The notes under the pieces are model-generated. The model ran no database searches, was not told the origin of the DNA, and was given only the letters and a program-made list of their open reading frames with translations. From Escherichia phage GertrudWoker_Bas73: a stretch of DNA of 43,856 nt. Positions 42,725-43,856 of this stretch are shown piece after piece. The DNA is taken from the sequence record PQ850603.1. One strand, 5' to 3'. Position 1 is the first letter of the stretch; each line of letters starts with the position of its first letter. The translations under genes were made by a program, and so were the position numbers.

Positions 42725-43016
42725 AATCACAATTGCATCGCTCGAGCGCCGTATTATGGTGCTTGAGTCGGAGAAACAGACGTTAGGCGGGCAACTGTCA
42801 ATTAACGGTGAGTTTCAACTGGAGGCGTATAAAGAACTTCTAGAGGCGTTTAAAGAGCTACAAGCCATCGCGTCTGACATAGAAAATATGATTGGATTGT
42901 TGCAATCCGGGGAGTGGGCCGAACACTGCACTAAATCGGCGTTAGGAAAACGGCTTGAGACGGAGATTACTGACATGCTGAGTTGTCTTGTTGAGGCGCC
43001 AGATGAGCACGCCTGA
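42708..43016 (+). CDS. hypothetical coiled-coil protein
   Basis: 102 aa; ATG at 42717 is the likely start. Confidence 0.4.
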   Translation: MTPMPKITIASLERRIMVLESEKQTLGGQLSINGEFQLEAYKELLEAFKELQAIASDIENMIGLLQSGEWAEHCTKSALGKRLETEITDMLSCLVEAPDEHA

Positions 43017-43185
43017 GCCGGTAGTTATCGATGGCGTCCTGTGGAAACCTTACTCGGTTAACCACATCGACGCCGATGGGAAGAAGTTCAGCTTCTACAT
43101 TTTTGCAATTAGCCGTGAGCATGCTGCCTGTGTGGTCGATGATATACGAGAAACGGCGTGGCTCGGTGATGAGATAGTGGGGTAA
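42988..43185 (+). CDS. hypothetical protein
   Basis: 65 aa; ATG at 43003 overlapping upstream stop region is the likely start. Confidence 0.4.
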   Translation: MLRRQMSTPEPVVIDGVLWKPYSVNHIDADGKKFSFYIFAISREHAACVVDDIRETAWLGDEIVG

Positions 43186-43272
43186 GAGTATGAGTCTTGA
43201 GGTTGTTATTGGCCTGGTTGGTCTTAGTTACTTCATTGGGCTATTGGTCGGTTTTCTGTGGGGTAGATACTA

Positions 43273-43443
43273 ATGTTCAGCGACATCAACGCAGCAATCG
43301 AAGAAGCAATCTGGCGCCGTTACAACGGCGAGCAACAGCGTCACTTCTGCCTGGTGCAACGTGGTAACATGGTCGCCGTGGTGCAGGACCGCGATAACAA
43401 ATATCCGAATGCGATGTGGACAACGAGGAATTTCTTAGGATGA
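43273..43443 (+). CDS. hypothetical small protein (56 aa)
   Basis: ATG overlapping stop of a 27-codon hydrophobic ORF (43189-43273); below track cutoff. Confidence 0.3.
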   Translation: MFSDINAAIEEAIWRRYNGEQQRHFCLVQRGNMVAVVQDRDNKYPNAMWTTRNFLG

Positions 43444-43676
43444 TTACCAGCATTCCTAACCTGATTAAAGAATATGGCACGATGGCCGAGACATGCCGAC
43501 AAACCGGCATCAACGAAATGACTATTGCTAAGTACAGCAAAGATGTTAACTGCGATCGCCACGTAATTTTTAACAACCGTCTGATGACGCACGTTAAGAC
43601 AAGCCCGGTGTTATTCACGCGCCGTGGTATCACTAAAACAGAGCAACGCATTGCGCGAGAGGAGAGTGGGGAATGA
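43416..43676 (+). CDS. hypothetical protein, possible HTH
   Basis: 'ETCRQTGINEMTIAKY' HTH-like; ATG at 43440 (ATGA overlap) is the likely start. Confidence 0.4.
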   Translation: MDNEEFLRMITSIPNLIKEYGTMAETCRQTGINEMTIAKYSKDVNCDRHVIFNNRLMTHVKTSPVLFTRRGITKTEQRIAREESGE

Positions 43677-43778
43677 GACTACTAGTCTTTCCGAATTCCT
43701 GGGCTATCGCCGTAGCTAACGACCATTACGGCGGCGACGGTAAACGAGCGCCACGCCACGGCCTATATAACTGATACA

Positions 43779-43802
43779 AGCCCTCTACGGAGGGCTTTTC
43801 TG
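43779..43802 (+). terminator. rho-independent terminator at end of early block
   Basis: 'agccctc tacg gagggct' followed by 'tttctgt'. Confidence 0.6.
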
Positions 43803-43856
43803 TACATCCCGCCCAATCCCCTTATATAATCCCTTTAGACGCGTAGGGCGCGTCTG

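Noticed and set aside
1-43856. CRISPR arrays, integrase/attachment sites, transposase or IS elements
   Set aside because: No regularly spaced direct repeats, no tyrosine or serine recombinase-like ORF, and no terminal inverted repeats flanking a transposase were found; consistent with a virulent phage.

Overview
The window reads as a complete or near-complete genome (~43.9 kb) of a virulent tailed dsDNA phage with a siphovirus-type structural module ending in a tailspike. Layout: (1) 1-24.3 kb, rightward packaging/head/tail/tailspike genes (terminase, portal, head morphogenesis, scaffold, major capsid, major tail, chaperone with probable -1 frameshift, tape measure, tip proteins, tailspike); (2) 24.3-37.0 kb, leftward replication/DNA-metabolism genes (SF2 helicase, C5-cytosine methyltransferase, VRR-NUC, HNH endonuclease, family A DNA polymerase, gp2.5-like SSB, PD-(D/E)XK exonuclease, primase-helicase) plus one rightward Cro-like HTH gene; (3) 37.4-43.8 kb, rightward small early genes with holin/holin/endolysin. 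No integrase, tRNA, rRNA or CRISPR array was found. Most notable: a three-gene opposite-strand cassette inside the tail module encoding an HTH-fused calcineurin-like metallophosphoesterase; a recurring operator-like palindrome AATAG-N4-CTATT built into at least seven sigma70-like promoters; an HslV-like Ntn-hydrolase just upstream of the lysis genes; three replication proteins sharing a C-terminal (T)EEDLE tail; an AT-rich HNH endonuclease island; and overlapping Rz/Rz1 spanin genes located ~35 kb from the holin/endolysin. All calls rest on reading the sequence and recalled family motifs; no database search was run, and one hand-translation near 32700 disagreed with the ORF track, so coordinates of small unlisted ORFs are approximate.
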